A DNA stretch of 64,000 nt from Chiloscyllium plagiosum (Eukaryota), in the NCBI RefSeq assembly GCF_004010195.1, contig NC_057718.1, forward strand, positions 99,381,112 through 99,445,111, in the 5' to 3' direction. Positions 24,170-36,650 of this stretch are shown one piece after another. The first letter of the stretch is position 1. Each line of letters begins with the position of its first letter. The position numbers and the translations under genes were made by a program. The notes beneath the pieces are model-generated. The model saw only the letters and a list, made by a program, of their open reading frames with translations, was not told the origin of the DNA and ran no database searches.

Positions 24170-25486
24170 AACTCTTCTTTTCCCAAGAATCAATTTCAAC
24201 TGTACTTCACATTGCCATGGGGCTGGCACGGCCAAGTGGAGGTACTCAGTTCCCTTGACCTCTGCTGGAAACCGTATTACCTCATTTTCATTTCCAACTG
24301 TGGAGTAACGTAGGCCACAGGGAGAATCTCATGCTCAAAGGCTGACACTCAGAATCTCAGTACCTGGCAACTTTCGAGAATTCCTTGCCCCTGGCACAAG
24401 CCGCAGTTACACAACATTTGTCCATGTCCATGGCACGCACTCAAGGGAACACAGCTAAATAATTTAGCTAATGACCAAAGGTACCATCTTACTGCGAGGA
24501 CGCTGCACAGGAAGATGTTGACGGAAGCCGGGAGATAACGGTGGAAGATGATCGAGCTGAGAAGGTCGATGTAGTTTTGTAACAGCCTTGGGAACATCCC
24601 TGATTTTAATTGCTCCAACTTTGGCAACAGTGTTTTCCATTAATAAGGCTCTGGAATTTCCTTCACAGTCATCTCTGTCCCTCTGCCTCTGTCTGTGCCC
24701 ACACTACACTCCTTAAAACCAACTCTTTGACCAGGAACACCTGTCCTAACATTCAGCATGTGGCTCAGTGACAAATTTTGTCCGATAATTGCTCCTGTGA
24801 ATTTGTCTTACTCCATTAAGGGGACTATATAAATGTGCGTTGTTGTTTTCTTTGGCCAGCCTGGTTATGATGACTAACTGATAAAACAAAACAAATTGTT
24901 ACGCAACAAGTACTAGCAGAGAAATCTGTGTTCCATTACACCCAGAGGAAACACATTTGAAATATGTTTTATAAGTTCCTCACTGTGCAGTAATCATAAG
25001 TTTTCATCGTCTCCTTATAACTCTTCACTCTCCAAAGGCACTTAATTGAACAGTAGCCAGAGGAAATGACTCCTAAGGTGGAACTTGATGCACACCTTGT
25101 TGTATAGGTAGAATCTTATAGGGATCTGAGCAACATGAGCTATGATGAGATTTGTGGAAGAGTTGGACAAGAAATCTTCAGAGACCCATCTTGATGTTGG
25201 GAGTGTCTCCATACATCTTTTATGTTTTTCATTGCAGTTTGGCAAGTTTCTCACTAGGCAGTGGTGTGTTGCCAGTGAAGGGAGAGTGTAGCTTGTTAAA
25301 CGCCTTGTTGATGACCCAACTTGCATCATGTATATTTGTTTTGTTTAAGCAAATACACCAAACAAATTAGACATTGGGAAAATGTGATGTGGAAGTCAAA
25401 ATGGGTCGCTGGTGCATTCAGTTTGTCACTTGCTCCAATGGACCCTGTGCTGAGCACTGGGCAGCAGCATCTCAGGGCACTGGCCA

Positions 25487-25638
25487 AACACACACATACT
25501 CATGCATGCACACGCACACACACACTCGCATGCACGCACACACACACTCGCATGCGCGCACATACACAGTCACACACGCACACACACACACACATACTCG
25601 TACATGCAGACATATATATATATATATATACACACACA
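25487..25638. repeat. Compound (CA)n/(TA)n microsatellite
   Basis: Directly visible. Confidence 0.95.
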
Positions 25639-25644
25639 AACGAT

Positions 25645-26570
25645 TGTTTACTAAGTATATTAATGACATAGATGTGGAAAGTGAATGAGGCTATTGCCAA
25701 GTTTGCGGATGCCTCTGAAATAGATGGGAAGGCAAGTAGTGAGGATGACCCAAAGAGGGACAGAGACAGGTTAAGTGAATGGGCAACAACTTGGCAGATG
25801 GAATATAATGTGGAGAACTGTGAGGTTCTTTGGCAGCAAGAAGAGAGGGGCTGATTATTATCAAATGGAGAAAGACTGCAGAAAGCTACGTAACAGAGGG
25901 ATTTCATCAAATCATAGAGTCCCTACAGTGTGGAAACAGGTCATTTGGCCCAACAAGTCCACACCAACCCTCTGAAAAGTAACCCACCCTGTAAAGACCC
26001 ATTCCCCTACCCTATTACTCTACATTTACCCCTGACTAATGCACCTAACCTATGGTACATCCCTGAACACTATGGGCAATTTAGCATGGAAAATTCACCT
26101 AACCTGCATATAGAGTTATGGGAGGAAACCCAAGCAGACACAGAGAGAATGTGCAAACTCCACACAGACAGTCACCTGAGGCTGGAATTGAACCCAGGTC
26201 CCTGATGCTGTGAGGCAACAGTGCTAACCACTGAGCCACCGTACCACCCATTTGTGAATCATAAAACCATTTGGGAGTTCCCATTTTTGAGTAATAAAAA
26301 GGGAGCATCATGTTCAGTGGGTAATAGTGATGACAAATTGAGCGATGGCCTTCATTTCAAAGACAATGGAATTTATAAGTATGGGAGTTTTGCTAAAGTG
26401 TACAAGGCAGATCACAGGTGCAATACTCTGGACAGTGTTAGGACCCTTACCAAAAGAAAGGAATACTAACATTGGACATAGTCCAGAGAAGGTTCACCAG
26501 ACTGCTACAAGGTGTGCAGGGACTGTCTTATGAGAACAGGTTGAGAAGGTTGGACCTGGACACATTGGAC
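25645..26570 (+). mobile_element. CR1 RT fragment interrupted by an HE1 SINE (25911-26249, minus)
   Basis: IAKFADASEIDG...DRLSEWATTWQMEYNV; SINE head ends near 26249. Confidence 0.85.
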
Positions 26571-27678
26571 TAAATGTGGTCTGACCAGAACCTTATAGAA
26601 CCTCAGAAGTACATCTGCTGGAGATTGTGGCTGCCTCACTGCATCTCACTACAGCATGTCCACCAAAGGAGCCACCCACCAGGAGCACCTTCCAACTTGG
26701 GACAATGGGTGAGCTAGGCACCTGGCTGTGCCAATGGTAGCATGGGTAGCATTGTTCTGTTGACAGCCCTACTGGGAGAGGTAGGTGGTGCTGGGCAGTC
26801 AGGAGAATGTCAGGCTTCTTCAGAATGGACGCATGCTCTGAAGTGTAAGCTCCTCAACACAATATGGAGCCCCAGCTACTCTGGTCAACACTGTGGAGTG
26901 AGAACCCCTAACCCCCCCACTTCACATAACTGTGGTCTTGTGACACTGGCTGCCCAGTGGGGAATGGCAATATGGAGAAATATCCTCACCCAGAGAGTGG
27001 TGAGTCTGCACAATTCTCTGGCCACAGCAAGCCAAAACATTTGCACGGTGTTAGATATAGTTCTTAGGGTTAAGGGAATCAAAGGGTATGGGAGGGAAGC
27101 AGGAACTGGATTTGGGTAATCAGATTAATTATACCAGATGGGATTTTACACCAAATCAATGATAGATTCATGGTTACCATTATTAGACTAGTTTTATATT
27201 CCAGATGGTTCCAGAGAAATGAAATATTATCTACTGTTTAGATGGCTGCTGTAATATTAACTACCCAGTCTTACGAGTCCCAGCAATATTATTATGAATC
27301 CACTCTCTCCCCTGCTGTAAAAATGACCTCTGTTATTTCACTGTGATATTGTCATCTCTTTATTAAAAGCCAGTACAACAAAGGGCTTCAATTATTGTAT
27401 ATAACTGGAACAAGTCTCACATATGAGTGTCATATGAGTCTGACATACGAGGAAAGACTGGATTGACTGGGCTTGTACTCGCTGGACTTTAGAAGAATGA
27501 GGGAGGAGTCTCATAGGAACATTTAAATCCTGCTGGGACTGGACAGGCTAGATGCGGGAAGAATGTTCCCAGTGCTGGGCGGCACGGTGGCTCAGTGGTT
27601 AGCACTGCTGCCTCATAGAACCTGGATCCAGGGTTCGATTCCAGCCTCAGGTGACTGTCTGTTTGCGCATTCTCCCCG

Positions 27679-27886
27679 TTGTTGTAGTTCTGTTCACCGA
27701 GCTGGGAATTTCTGTTGCAGACGTTTCATCCCCTGTCTAGGTGACATCCTCAGTGCTTGGGAGCCTCCTGTGAAGCGCTTCTGTGTTGTTTCCTTCTGGC
27801 ATTTATAGTGGTTTGTCTCTGCCACTTCCGGTTGTCAGTTCCAGCTGCCCGCTGCAGTGGCCGGTAAATCTTCTCACAAACTTTGA
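27679..27886 (-). mobile_element. PLE terminus (family E) inserted in an HE1 SINE
   Basis: 10-bp TSD ATTCTCCCCG (27669-27678, 27887-27896); contains a hammerhead motif. Confidence 0.75.
27717..27756 (-). ncRNA. Minimal hammerhead ribozyme motif (PLE family E)
   Basis: Minus strand GCA-CUGAGGA-U-GUCACCU-AGAC-AGGGGAU-GAAA-C-GUC-UGC: intact core, canonical GUC triplet, helix I GCA/UGC. Confidence 0.72.
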
Positions 27887-29009
27887 ATTCTCCCCGAGTC
27901 TGTGTGGGTTTCCCCCCACAGAGATGTGCAAGTCAGGTGAATTGGCCATGCTAAATTGCCCAGTGCATTAGTCAGAGGGAAACGGGTCTGGGTGGGTTAC
28001 TCTTCGGAGGGTCAGTGTGGACTGGTTGGGCCGAAAGGCCTGTTCCTACACTGTAGGAATCTAATCAATCCAGTCTTGACTCATATGAGCCTCATTTGTG
28101 AGACTTGTTCCAGTTATATACAGCAATTGAAGCCACAGTGTAACAATAAGGGGCAAGCCATTCAGGGTCACAGTGTAACAATAAGGGGTAGGCCATTCAG
28201 GACTGAGATGGGGAAGAATGTCTTCACCCTGTGAACCTGTGGAATTCTCTCCCACAGGAAGCTGTTGGGGCCAGTTCATTAGATAGATTCAGGAGGGAGC
28301 TGGAAGTGGCCCTTGTGTGGCTAAAGCGATCAAAGGTCTCGAGGGAAAGTGGGAGTGGGATACTGCGATTACATGATCAGGCATGATCATACTGAACGGT
28401 GGGGCAGGCTCGAAGGGCCGAATGGCCTAATCCTACACCTACTTTCTATGTTTCTGTGTGAAAGGTGTTTATGTGAATATTCTATGGGGAATTCTGCAAC
28501 ATGTTTCACATTTATAGCAGTGCGGTTTAGAGGAAGGGACGGGCTGTCACAGAAATTATTTCGTTCATTGTGAAGGTTCAGACTTCACAGGAAGCATGCG
28601 GGTGAACTAATACAGCACGTCATTTCACATTCTGCTTACAAATCCCTGGGAACTGGCCCAGCAACCAAAGGCTTCACCTTACTGATAATTGCACTTTTCC
28701 GCTGTCAAAGTCGACCAGGAAGGTGACCTCAGGAAGGGAGATGGTGTCACCAGGTTAATGTGACTGTGTTACAAATCAGAGCCCCAGCAGCGTGGGTTAG
28801 ACTCCCCCTACACCCCCCCCAGGGTAGCGAATGGAATTAATCAGATACTAATATGGAGTCCAAAGGCAGTTCTATAAAGCTACCAGTGATTGTCATGTCT
28901 GTGACTCCAGACCCCCAGCAATGTGGTCAACTCTTAATTGACCTCCGAAATGACCCTGACAAGGCACTCAACTCAGGGACAAGTTAGAGGATTCCCAGGG
29001 AGGCTCCAG

Positions 29010-29435
29010 GAACGAGACACATCAGACTGGAGGATAGGCTGAAGGGGTGGGCTTCCCGAGAGGAGGAGGCCGAGAGGAGATCTAGTGGAAGCTTTCGAAA
29101 TCATGAGCGGGCCAGTTAGGGTGGACAGGGAGAAGCTGCTCCTGCTCCTTAAAAGGGAAATAAAAGAACGAGTGGGCCGTAGATCTGAAGTGACGCGCAA
29201 GTGAGGCAAGGACGCGGTGAGGAGAAACAGTCTCACACAGCGAATGGTCTGGGTGTGGAATACACTGGCGTGGTGGAGGCTGGTTCAGCTGAGGCATTCA
29301 AGAGGGCCACTGGATGCCTATTGGGATCAAAATGGTGTGCAGGAGATGTGGAGAGAAGACAGGAGGGTGGGCACTAGGCTGGTAAAGGCATGATGGGCTG
29401 AATGGCCTCCCTCTGCACCATAACAATCTCTGATA
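29010..29435 (+). mobile_element. GC-rich CR1-like LINE 3' fragment
   Basis: Decayed RRRPRGDLVEAFEIM and VWNTL motifs; tail GGGCTGAATGGCCTCC. Confidence 0.65.
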
Positions 29436-30421
29436 TCTAATCGGTGCCCGTGCTGATGGTCAGCTGTGACAATATCACGCAACAAATCGCCCCAAGGGAC
29501 CATTCTGACCAGGCAGAGTCAGCCTGAGAACAGGGAGAAACTGCGTCACTCAAACTTCGCAGGAAGTGAATGATCACTTTGAGTCTGTCTAATGGTTTGT
29601 CGTGGCCATTAGCCTGTGGCCAGTCCATTTCCTGTGCACTGACTGGAGGAGCAAGGATCGACCAGTCTGCAATTTAACCCAGGGTACAAGTGTCACCCAC
29701 ATTAGCCAGATAGGGGAAGAGAAAAGATCTATTAGCTGCACTAAATGCCGTGGGAATAAACACATTGCTTCCCCACAGCTAAAGATTTTCATATCGTGGT
29801 TCCCAGAAACATCAAACCATTGGAAAGAAAGGCTCTGAATGCATGAATTATAGCCTCTGTCACTGAAGCCTGGTATTGGCTTTCTAATGATAACCAGGAC
29901 TACATGCACTGGACCTGTCGTAGCTTCTGGATAATGTATAGCCAGGCTATAAAAATCGCAGAGTTTTACGACCCAACTCTAACAATAATAACTCTGAATT
30001 CGTAAAGAAAATCCAAGAGGAGTAATGTGAACAAATTCTAAATTTGGTCATTTTCACAATCTTGCAGTTTGCAGTTACTCACACCGAGGAACGGGGAAAT
30101 AAAAACAGTGGCAGCGGGGATTGAGGTGATGGAATGTTTAGCTTGAAACCTTATCAAAAATAAGATAGGTTGCACACATGATGTCTAGAATATGATGTCA
30201 TGATTCCCCTGGACTGTGCGGTCCAAAATATTTCACTTTCGCTGAAGTGAATCTGTTATTCGGAAAGACAAAGGTGCTATTACATTAAAGCTTGAGAAAT
30301 TTGAGCTGGATTCATCCATTCTGCCCCTTGAACCTAAAGGAAAGTAGTTAGAAAAGCACATGGAATATTGGCCTTTGCTCCAGAGGGAATGCAGTTTAAA
30401 AGTTGGGAGGTCTTGCTCAAA

Positions 30422-30730
30422 TGGGGCAGCATGGTGGCTCAGTGGTTAGCACTGCTGCCTCATAGCGTCAGGGAGCCGGGTTTGCTTCCCGCCTCGGGTG
30501 ACCGTCTGTGTGGAGTTCGTGGATTCTCCCCCGTGTCTGCGTGGGTTTCCTCCCGCAATCCAAAAGATGTGCTGGTTAGGGTGGATTGGCCATGCTAAAT
30601 TGCCCATAGTGTTAGGTTCATTAGTCAAGGGTAAACGTAGGGTAGGGGAATGGGTCTGGGTGGGTTACTCTTCAGAGGGCCTGCTGGGCCGAAGGGCCTG
30701 TTTCCATACTGTAGGGAATCTAATCCTATC
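30422..30730 (+). mobile_element. HE1-type SINE inside a decayed CR1 (30340-31170)
   Basis: Head GGGGCAGCATGGTGGCTCAGTGGTTAGC, body, tail (TCTAA). Confidence 0.9.
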
Positions 30731-31189
30731 CAAGTCAGATAGCAGCTGGAAAACTTTGAACAGTTGTGGGTCCCTTATTGATGGAAAGATGTACTGGCAT
30801 TGGAGGCAGTCCAGAAAAGGTTGGCTTGGCTTATCTCAGATATGGAGAGAGTGTCTTATGAAGGGAAGTGGAGAAGGTTGGGCCTGTGCTCATCATAATT
30901 TATAAGAATGAGAGGTGACCTTATTGAAATATGAATGATTCTTAGGGGACTTAGAGTCATAGGGTCATACAGCATAGAAACAGACCCCTTAGTCCAACTT
31001 GACAGGGTGGATGGGCCAAAGTTGTTTCCCCCTTGTTGGGCAGCTCAGGTCCATGTCATCCCAGAATAAGAGGTCAGCTCTGAAAGAGGGCTGTCACTGC
31101 TGGGACTTTAAGTATATTCAAGGCTGAGATTTTTAATCAGTGAGAGCATCCAGGGGCAGGAAGTCAAAGATTATCAGCTCAGACAAAGA

Positions 31190-31676
31190 ATCTCTGCAGT
31201 GTGGAAGCAGATCATTTGGCCCGTTGAGTCTGTATTGACCTTCTGAAGAGCAACCGGTCCAGACCCATTCTCCCAACCCTGGAACCCTGCATTTCCTACT
31301 GCTAGCCCACCTAGCACTGGACAATTTAGCATGGCTAATCCACCCTGACCTGCACATCTTTGGATTGTTGGAGGAAACCCACGCAGACATGGGGAGAATG
31401 TGCCTAACTCCACGCGGACAGTCACCTGAGCCTGGAATCGAACCTGGGTCCCTCGCGCTGTGAGCCAGTGGTGCTAACCATTGAGCCACCGTGCCACCCT
31501 AACCAGACCAGCACATATTTGGACTGTGGGAGGAAACCAGATCATCTACAAAAAAACAACCCCACATGGGCATAGGGAGAATGTGCAAATGTCACACAGT
31601 CACCTGAGGGTGGGATTGAACCTGGGACGCTGGCGCTGAGGTAGCAGCGTTAACCACTGAGCCCACCATACTACCC
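31190..31676 (-). mobile_element. HE1-type SINE (31190-31499) plus an adjacent 5'-half copy (31500-31676)
   Basis: Two heads, ending near 31499 and 31676. Confidence 0.85.
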
Positions 31677-32137
31677 GGACCATGACCTCATTAAATGGTG
31701 AAGCAGACTCAGCTGATTGGCTACCTCAGGTCCTGCCCTGGTCTTCTGGAGCTAATCTCAACTCCACTTCGCTGCTGAATCCCTGTACTGCTGACTCCTC
31801 AGCTCCCTGAAATCGGTCACCCTTCATCCTAAATCCAGCCAAGACTGATGTCTTTGGCGCAGTCATTTCCAAAATCCTCAGAGCGAAGAAATTTCTCCTC
31901 ATTTTGGTCTGAAACAAGTGATCCCTTATCCTGAGATTTCAGCCTCAGGTTCTAGACCCTCCAGTCTCGGGAAACATCTTCTCAGCATCTGTCCTGTCAA
32001 GCCCCTTAAGAACTTTGTACATTCCGAAAAGATCACCTTCCATTCTTGTAAATTCCAGGGAAGCGTTGGACTCATCTGCTCAGACTCACCTCATAGTACC
32101 ATTCCCCATTATCACAAGGGATCATTGCGCAAAGAAG

Positions 32138-32628
32138 GGGCAGCACGGTGGGTCAGTGGTTAGCACTGCTGCCTCACTGCACCAGGGACCTGGCTTCGAT
32201 TCCACCTTCAGGTGACTGTTGGCATGGAGTTTGTACATTCTCCCTGTGTCTGCATGGGTTTCCTTTGGTTTCTCTCCACAGTCACAAAGGTTAGATTACC
32301 TGCAGTGTGGAAACAGGCCCTTCGGCCCCACAAGTCCACACCGACCCTCCGAAGAGCAACCTACCCAGACCCATTCCCCTACATTTACCCCTTCACCTAA
32401 CACTACGGGCAGTTTAACGTGGCCAATTCACCTAACCTGCACAATTTTGGAGGTTAGGTAGATTGACCATGATATATTACCCTGCAGTGTTGAGGGATGT
32501 GTAGGTTAGGTGGATTAGGCATAGGGAAATACAGGGTTAGGGTGGAGTGTCAGGTCGACCTGCTCTCTCGAGGGTTGGTGTGGACTCACTGGGCTGAACA
32601 GCCTGCTTCCACACCGTAGGGATTCAAT
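32138..32628 (+). mobile_element. HE1-type SINE with an opposite-strand HE1 3' half nested at 32290-32448, inside a decayed minus-strand CR1
   Basis: Head at 32138; body interrupted by TTAGATTAC...CCTAACCTGCAC. Confidence 0.85.
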
Positions 32629-33093
32629 TAACCTTGGTCACGCTTATTCTCAGGTGGACATATCGTTCCTGAGGTGAGAAAATGAAAATTGTACACAGTA
32701 CCCCTAGTGTGATCTTATCAAGGTCCTGTATAATTGCAGCAAGACCTTTTCATTCTTTATATTTCACTCCTTCACTAATGAAGGGTAGCATTTCACTTGC
32801 TTTACTTGTTGTAGCGGCATGTTAATGTTCTGTGATTGATTACACGCTAAATCCCTGTGAACAGCAACATTTGCTAGCGTATTGCTATTTAAAAAAAAAT
32901 GCTCTGCCCTCAAACCATGCCCGTCATTGCTCATCTGTGCTTAACCTGATAGACTCTGTGATTGAATATTAATGGGCTCCAGCAGTTTGTCAACAAATGA
33001 ATCAAAATCAGAAATGTTGTTTAGCACCAGATTTCCGCAGAGCTGTTTGCTGCAGTGGAGGGGAGTGGTGCTTTAAGGGCAGTTTTTTATTTA

Positions 33094-34146
33094 GAGTCAT
33101 AGAGTCATAGAGATGTACAGCATGGTCCAACCCGTCCATGCCAACCAGATATCCCAATCTAGTCCCACCTGCCAGCACCCGGCCCATATCCCTCCAAACC
33201 CTTCCTATTCATATACCCATCCAAATGCCTCTTAAATGTTGCAATTGTACCAGCCTCCACCACTTCCTCTGGCAGCTCATTCCATACACGTACCACCTTC
33301 TGCATGAAAAGGTTGCCCCTTAGTGAGTAGAGTGGGTTCTTTCTTGATTATACGTTTTTGGAGATATGTCTCTTAATTAAACTTAAATATAAGCCATAAT
33401 TATTAATTTAACCTGGGGCAGTGTTTTGTAGAGGAATAAGACAGTGTTATTTTCTGGGTCTGTAGATTGTGAAGGAGCAAAAATGGCCTTTGCAGTGATA
33501 TATATTTCCTGTCAGATGTGGGAGTATAAAGAGAGTTTAAGGATTACTGCGGATTTTATCTGCCATAAAAGATTTGCTTTCCCAAAATGCAGCACATCAA
33601 ATTTATCTGAATTAAACTCCATCTGCCACTTCTCAGCCCATTGGCCCATCTGGTCCAGATCCTGTTGTAATCTGAGGTAGCCTTATTCGCTGTCCACTAC
33701 ACCTCCAATTTTGGTGTCATCTGCAAACTTACTAACTGTACCTCTTATGCTCGCATCCAAATCATTTATGTAAATGACAAAAGTAGAGGGCCCAACACCG
33801 ATCCTTGTGGCACTCCACTGGTCACAGGCCTCCAAATGAAAAACAACCCTCCACCACACCCTCTGTCTTCTACCTTTGAGCCAGTTCTGTATCCAAGTAG
33901 CTAGTTCTCCCTGTATTCCATGAGATCTAACCTTGCTAATCAGTCTCCCACGGGGAACCTTGTCGAACGCCTTACTGAAGTCTAACTAGATCACATCTAC
34001 TGCTTTGCCCTCATCAATCTTCTTTGTTACTTCCTCAAAAAATTCATTCAAGTTTGTGAGACATGATTTCCCACCCACAAAGCCATGTTGACTATCCCGA
34101 ATCAGTCCTTGCCTTTCCAAATACATATACATCCTGTCCCTCAGGA
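33094..34146 (-). mobile_element. CR1 LINE (RT plus 3' end) with an internal replacement at 33323-33569
   Basis: ILRDRMYMYLERQGLIRDSQHGFVGGKSCLTNL, nearly identical to the 44.3 kb copy; (CTATGACT)n tail at 33094. Confidence 0.92.
33323..33569 (+). mobile_element. Probable CR1 5' UTR / ORF1 N-terminus fragment
   Basis: ATG at 33483 gives MAFAVIYISCQMWEYKESLRITADFICHK, resembling the CR1 ORF1 N-terminal 'CxSCxMWE...DYxCxKC' zinc-finger start. Confidence 0.55.
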
Positions 34147-34437
34147 TGTATATTTGATCAATGCTTTGCAGACAGCAACCTCTGTTCAAATACAAATATA
34201 ACCTTTTCACCTATAATTTGAGGAAATAGGGAACAGAACCCACAAGATATTTCGTTTTTCCCTGGGCAAATTGCCAAGAGTGGTTCAAGTAGAAGAAAGC
34301 AAGAGGATGGCCAAAGGAAGAGATGAAGGGGTTAATGTGAGCTGTTTCCTTTTTCAAGAAGCCATTGCCCCAGGGGGACCTATCTTGACAGGAGGAAGCC
34401 ATTCTGTGCCCCCTTGGCTGCTCCACCATTCAGTTAG

Positions 34438-34855
34438 GTTAGGTCAGAAGTCACATGACACCGGGTTATAGTCCAACAGGTTTATCAAAAATCATGAGCT
34501 TTTGGAGTGCTGCTCCTTCATCAGATGACGTTTCACTTCACTTGATGAAGGAGCAGTGTTCCAAAAGCCCATGATTTCAAATAAACCTGTTGAACTATAA
34601 CCTGGTGTCGTGTGTCATAGAGTCATAGAGATGTACAGCATGGAAACAGACCCTTCAGTCCAAACTGTCCATGTCGACCAGATATCCGACCCAATCTAGT
34701 CCCACCTGCCAGCACCCGGCCCATATCTCTCCAAACCCTTCCTATTCATATACCCATCCAAATGCCTTTTAAATGGTGCAATTGTACCAGCCTCCACCAC
34801 TTCCTCTGTCTTCTGACCTTGCCCACCCCAGTCCAATACCGGTACCTCCACATCA
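34438..34855. mobile_element. Palindromic PLE family C insertion, later hit by a CR1 3' tail (34615-34808, minus)
   Basis: Inverted arms around TCCTTCATCAG...TGATGAAGGA; the right arm resumes at 34809; flanked by CACCATT repeats. Confidence 0.8.
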
Positions 34856-35628
34856 CCATTAAATTATGGAGGATTTAATCTCCTAAATCTTCTTAAATTT
34901 GCGCCATTTGTGTCCCTTCCAAAAGGAATTGGTTCAGGCTATCACAGTTGGAAGCAGTCCCAAAAATCCCAACTCCGTTAATCACTTCTCACCATCTCAC
35001 CATCTCACCACAAGGCAACAGTCTTCAGCTTATGTATCTTAACACATGTTGAATGTCCACTGACAGCACACATTGCGAAGCCATCTCAATTCCTTCTCTC
35101 ATGCAGGCATTAAACCCTTGAAGCCGAAGACTCCATTTATCACACTTTGCAGCCCTACAAGTCTGGGCCCATCTCCAGCCTAATCTAACATCATTTGTAG
35201 AGTAAGGTGCTAGACTGCTCATCTACCCCAACCTGCACACTTTCTCTCAAATTTCATCAAACGTGCCACTCCATGTATTAGATAATTGCTTCCTTGTTAG
35301 CAGTGAATGAGAACCTGTCACGGTCTAAACTTGACTGTTTCCAGTTAATACAGCAATGACTAAACCTTGGCTGCACTTATTGCCAAGAGCAGTTAGCTAA
35401 ATCGTTTCACGGAATGACACGGTTTCTTGCATTTCTGCCTGTGCACTGTCAGATAGCAACAGTGCCTTTGAGTGCATCTGCCTTTTGCTGCATCATCACA
35501 GACCGGCAGCACAGTCGCTCAGTGTGCTCTGCAGCTTTCTATGTTTGGCCTTTCTTCCCAGAGACAGGCAGATGATCCCTCTGCAGCAAGTCAATGCTCC
35601 TCAGAGTGAGTTCCCTGTCAATGTTTTG

Positions 35629-36128
35629 AGTGGCACGGTGGCTCAGTGGTTAGCACTGCTGCCTCACAGCACCAGGGACCTGGGTTGGATTCCACCCTCG
35701 GTCTGGAGTTTGCACCTTCTCCCCGTGTCTGTGTGGATTTCCTCTGGTGCAGCAAGTCAATGCTCCTCAGAGTGAGTTCCCTGTCAATATTTTGGGTGGC
35801 ACGGTGGCTCAGTGGTTAGCACTGCTGCCTTACAGCACCAGGGACCAGGGACCTGGGTTGGATTCCACCCTCGGTCTGGAGTTTGCACCTTCTCCCCGTG
35901 TCTGTGTGGATTTCCTCTGTTTCCTCCCACAACCCATTGATGGACAGGTTAGGGTGGATTAGCCATGCTAAATTGTCCATAGTGTTCAGGGATGTGTATA
36001 TTAGATGCTTTAGTCAGGGGTAAATGGAGAGTAATAGGGTAGGGGATTAAGTTTGGGTGGGATACCCTTTGGAGAGTCAGTGTGGGCTTGTTGGGCTGAA
36101 AGGCCTGTTCCCACCCTGTAGGGATTCA
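35629..36128 (+). mobile_element. HE1-type SINE with a tandemly duplicated head and upstream flank
   Basis: The 166-bp unit 35582-35747 is repeated from 35748. Confidence 0.9.
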
Positions 36129-36499
36129 ATTTTATATAAAGAGATCACAGAGCACGGAAGAAGACCACTTGGCCCTCACAACCATGTTGGGTCTTCTAAA
36201 CCGTTATCTGAATGATGAGAATAGAGCCACTCTCCAGCTCTTCCCCATTGCTTTTCCTATTGTGCTTTCCTCTTGAACATTTTTACAGAGCTTCTCCACC
36301 ATTTTATCATGTATTCCGGACCACAGCAACTTGATACTTTAATAAGGAACTTGCACCTGTTTCCCCTGTCCCATCACCTTACCTAGGAGGACTTGTGATG
36401 CAGTGGGTAGTGTCCCTACCTCTGGGATGGGCTTCAAGTCCCACCACAAGTCTTGATGACCATGAACAGTGTGTCATATTTGAGGTCAAACACTTGTAC

Positions 36500-36650
36500 G
36501 TACACATGAACACACGTACACACACATGCAGGCACATGCATACACACACACACTTGCACATGCGCACATACAGACACATACACACGTACACACACATGCA
36601 CGTATAAACTCACACACACTCACGCACACAGACACTTACAGACACACACT
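36500..36650. repeat. Degenerate (CA)n microsatellite
   Basis: Directly visible. Confidence 0.9.

Larger units (their letters stand above)
27440..28455 (+). mobile_element. CR1 3' fragment containing an HE1 SINE (27577-28070, +), which contains a PLE fragment
   Basis: CR1 motifs on both sides; SINE head GGGCGGCACGGTGGCTCAGTGGTTAGC at 27577. Confidence 0.85.

Noticed and set aside
25321..25910. His/Thr- and Cys/Val-rich ORFs (also at 36379-36729)
   Set aside because: Translations of (CA)n/(TG)n microsatellites.
29540..29640. Clustered ETS/CRE-like motifs (also AP-1 TGAGTCA near 9627 and 9972)
   Set aside because: Short motifs are expected by chance; no independent support for an enhancer.
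30422..30500. tRNA genes at SINE heads
   Set aside because: The A/B-box regions continue into SINE body and tail in many decayed copies; no intact cloverleaf seen.
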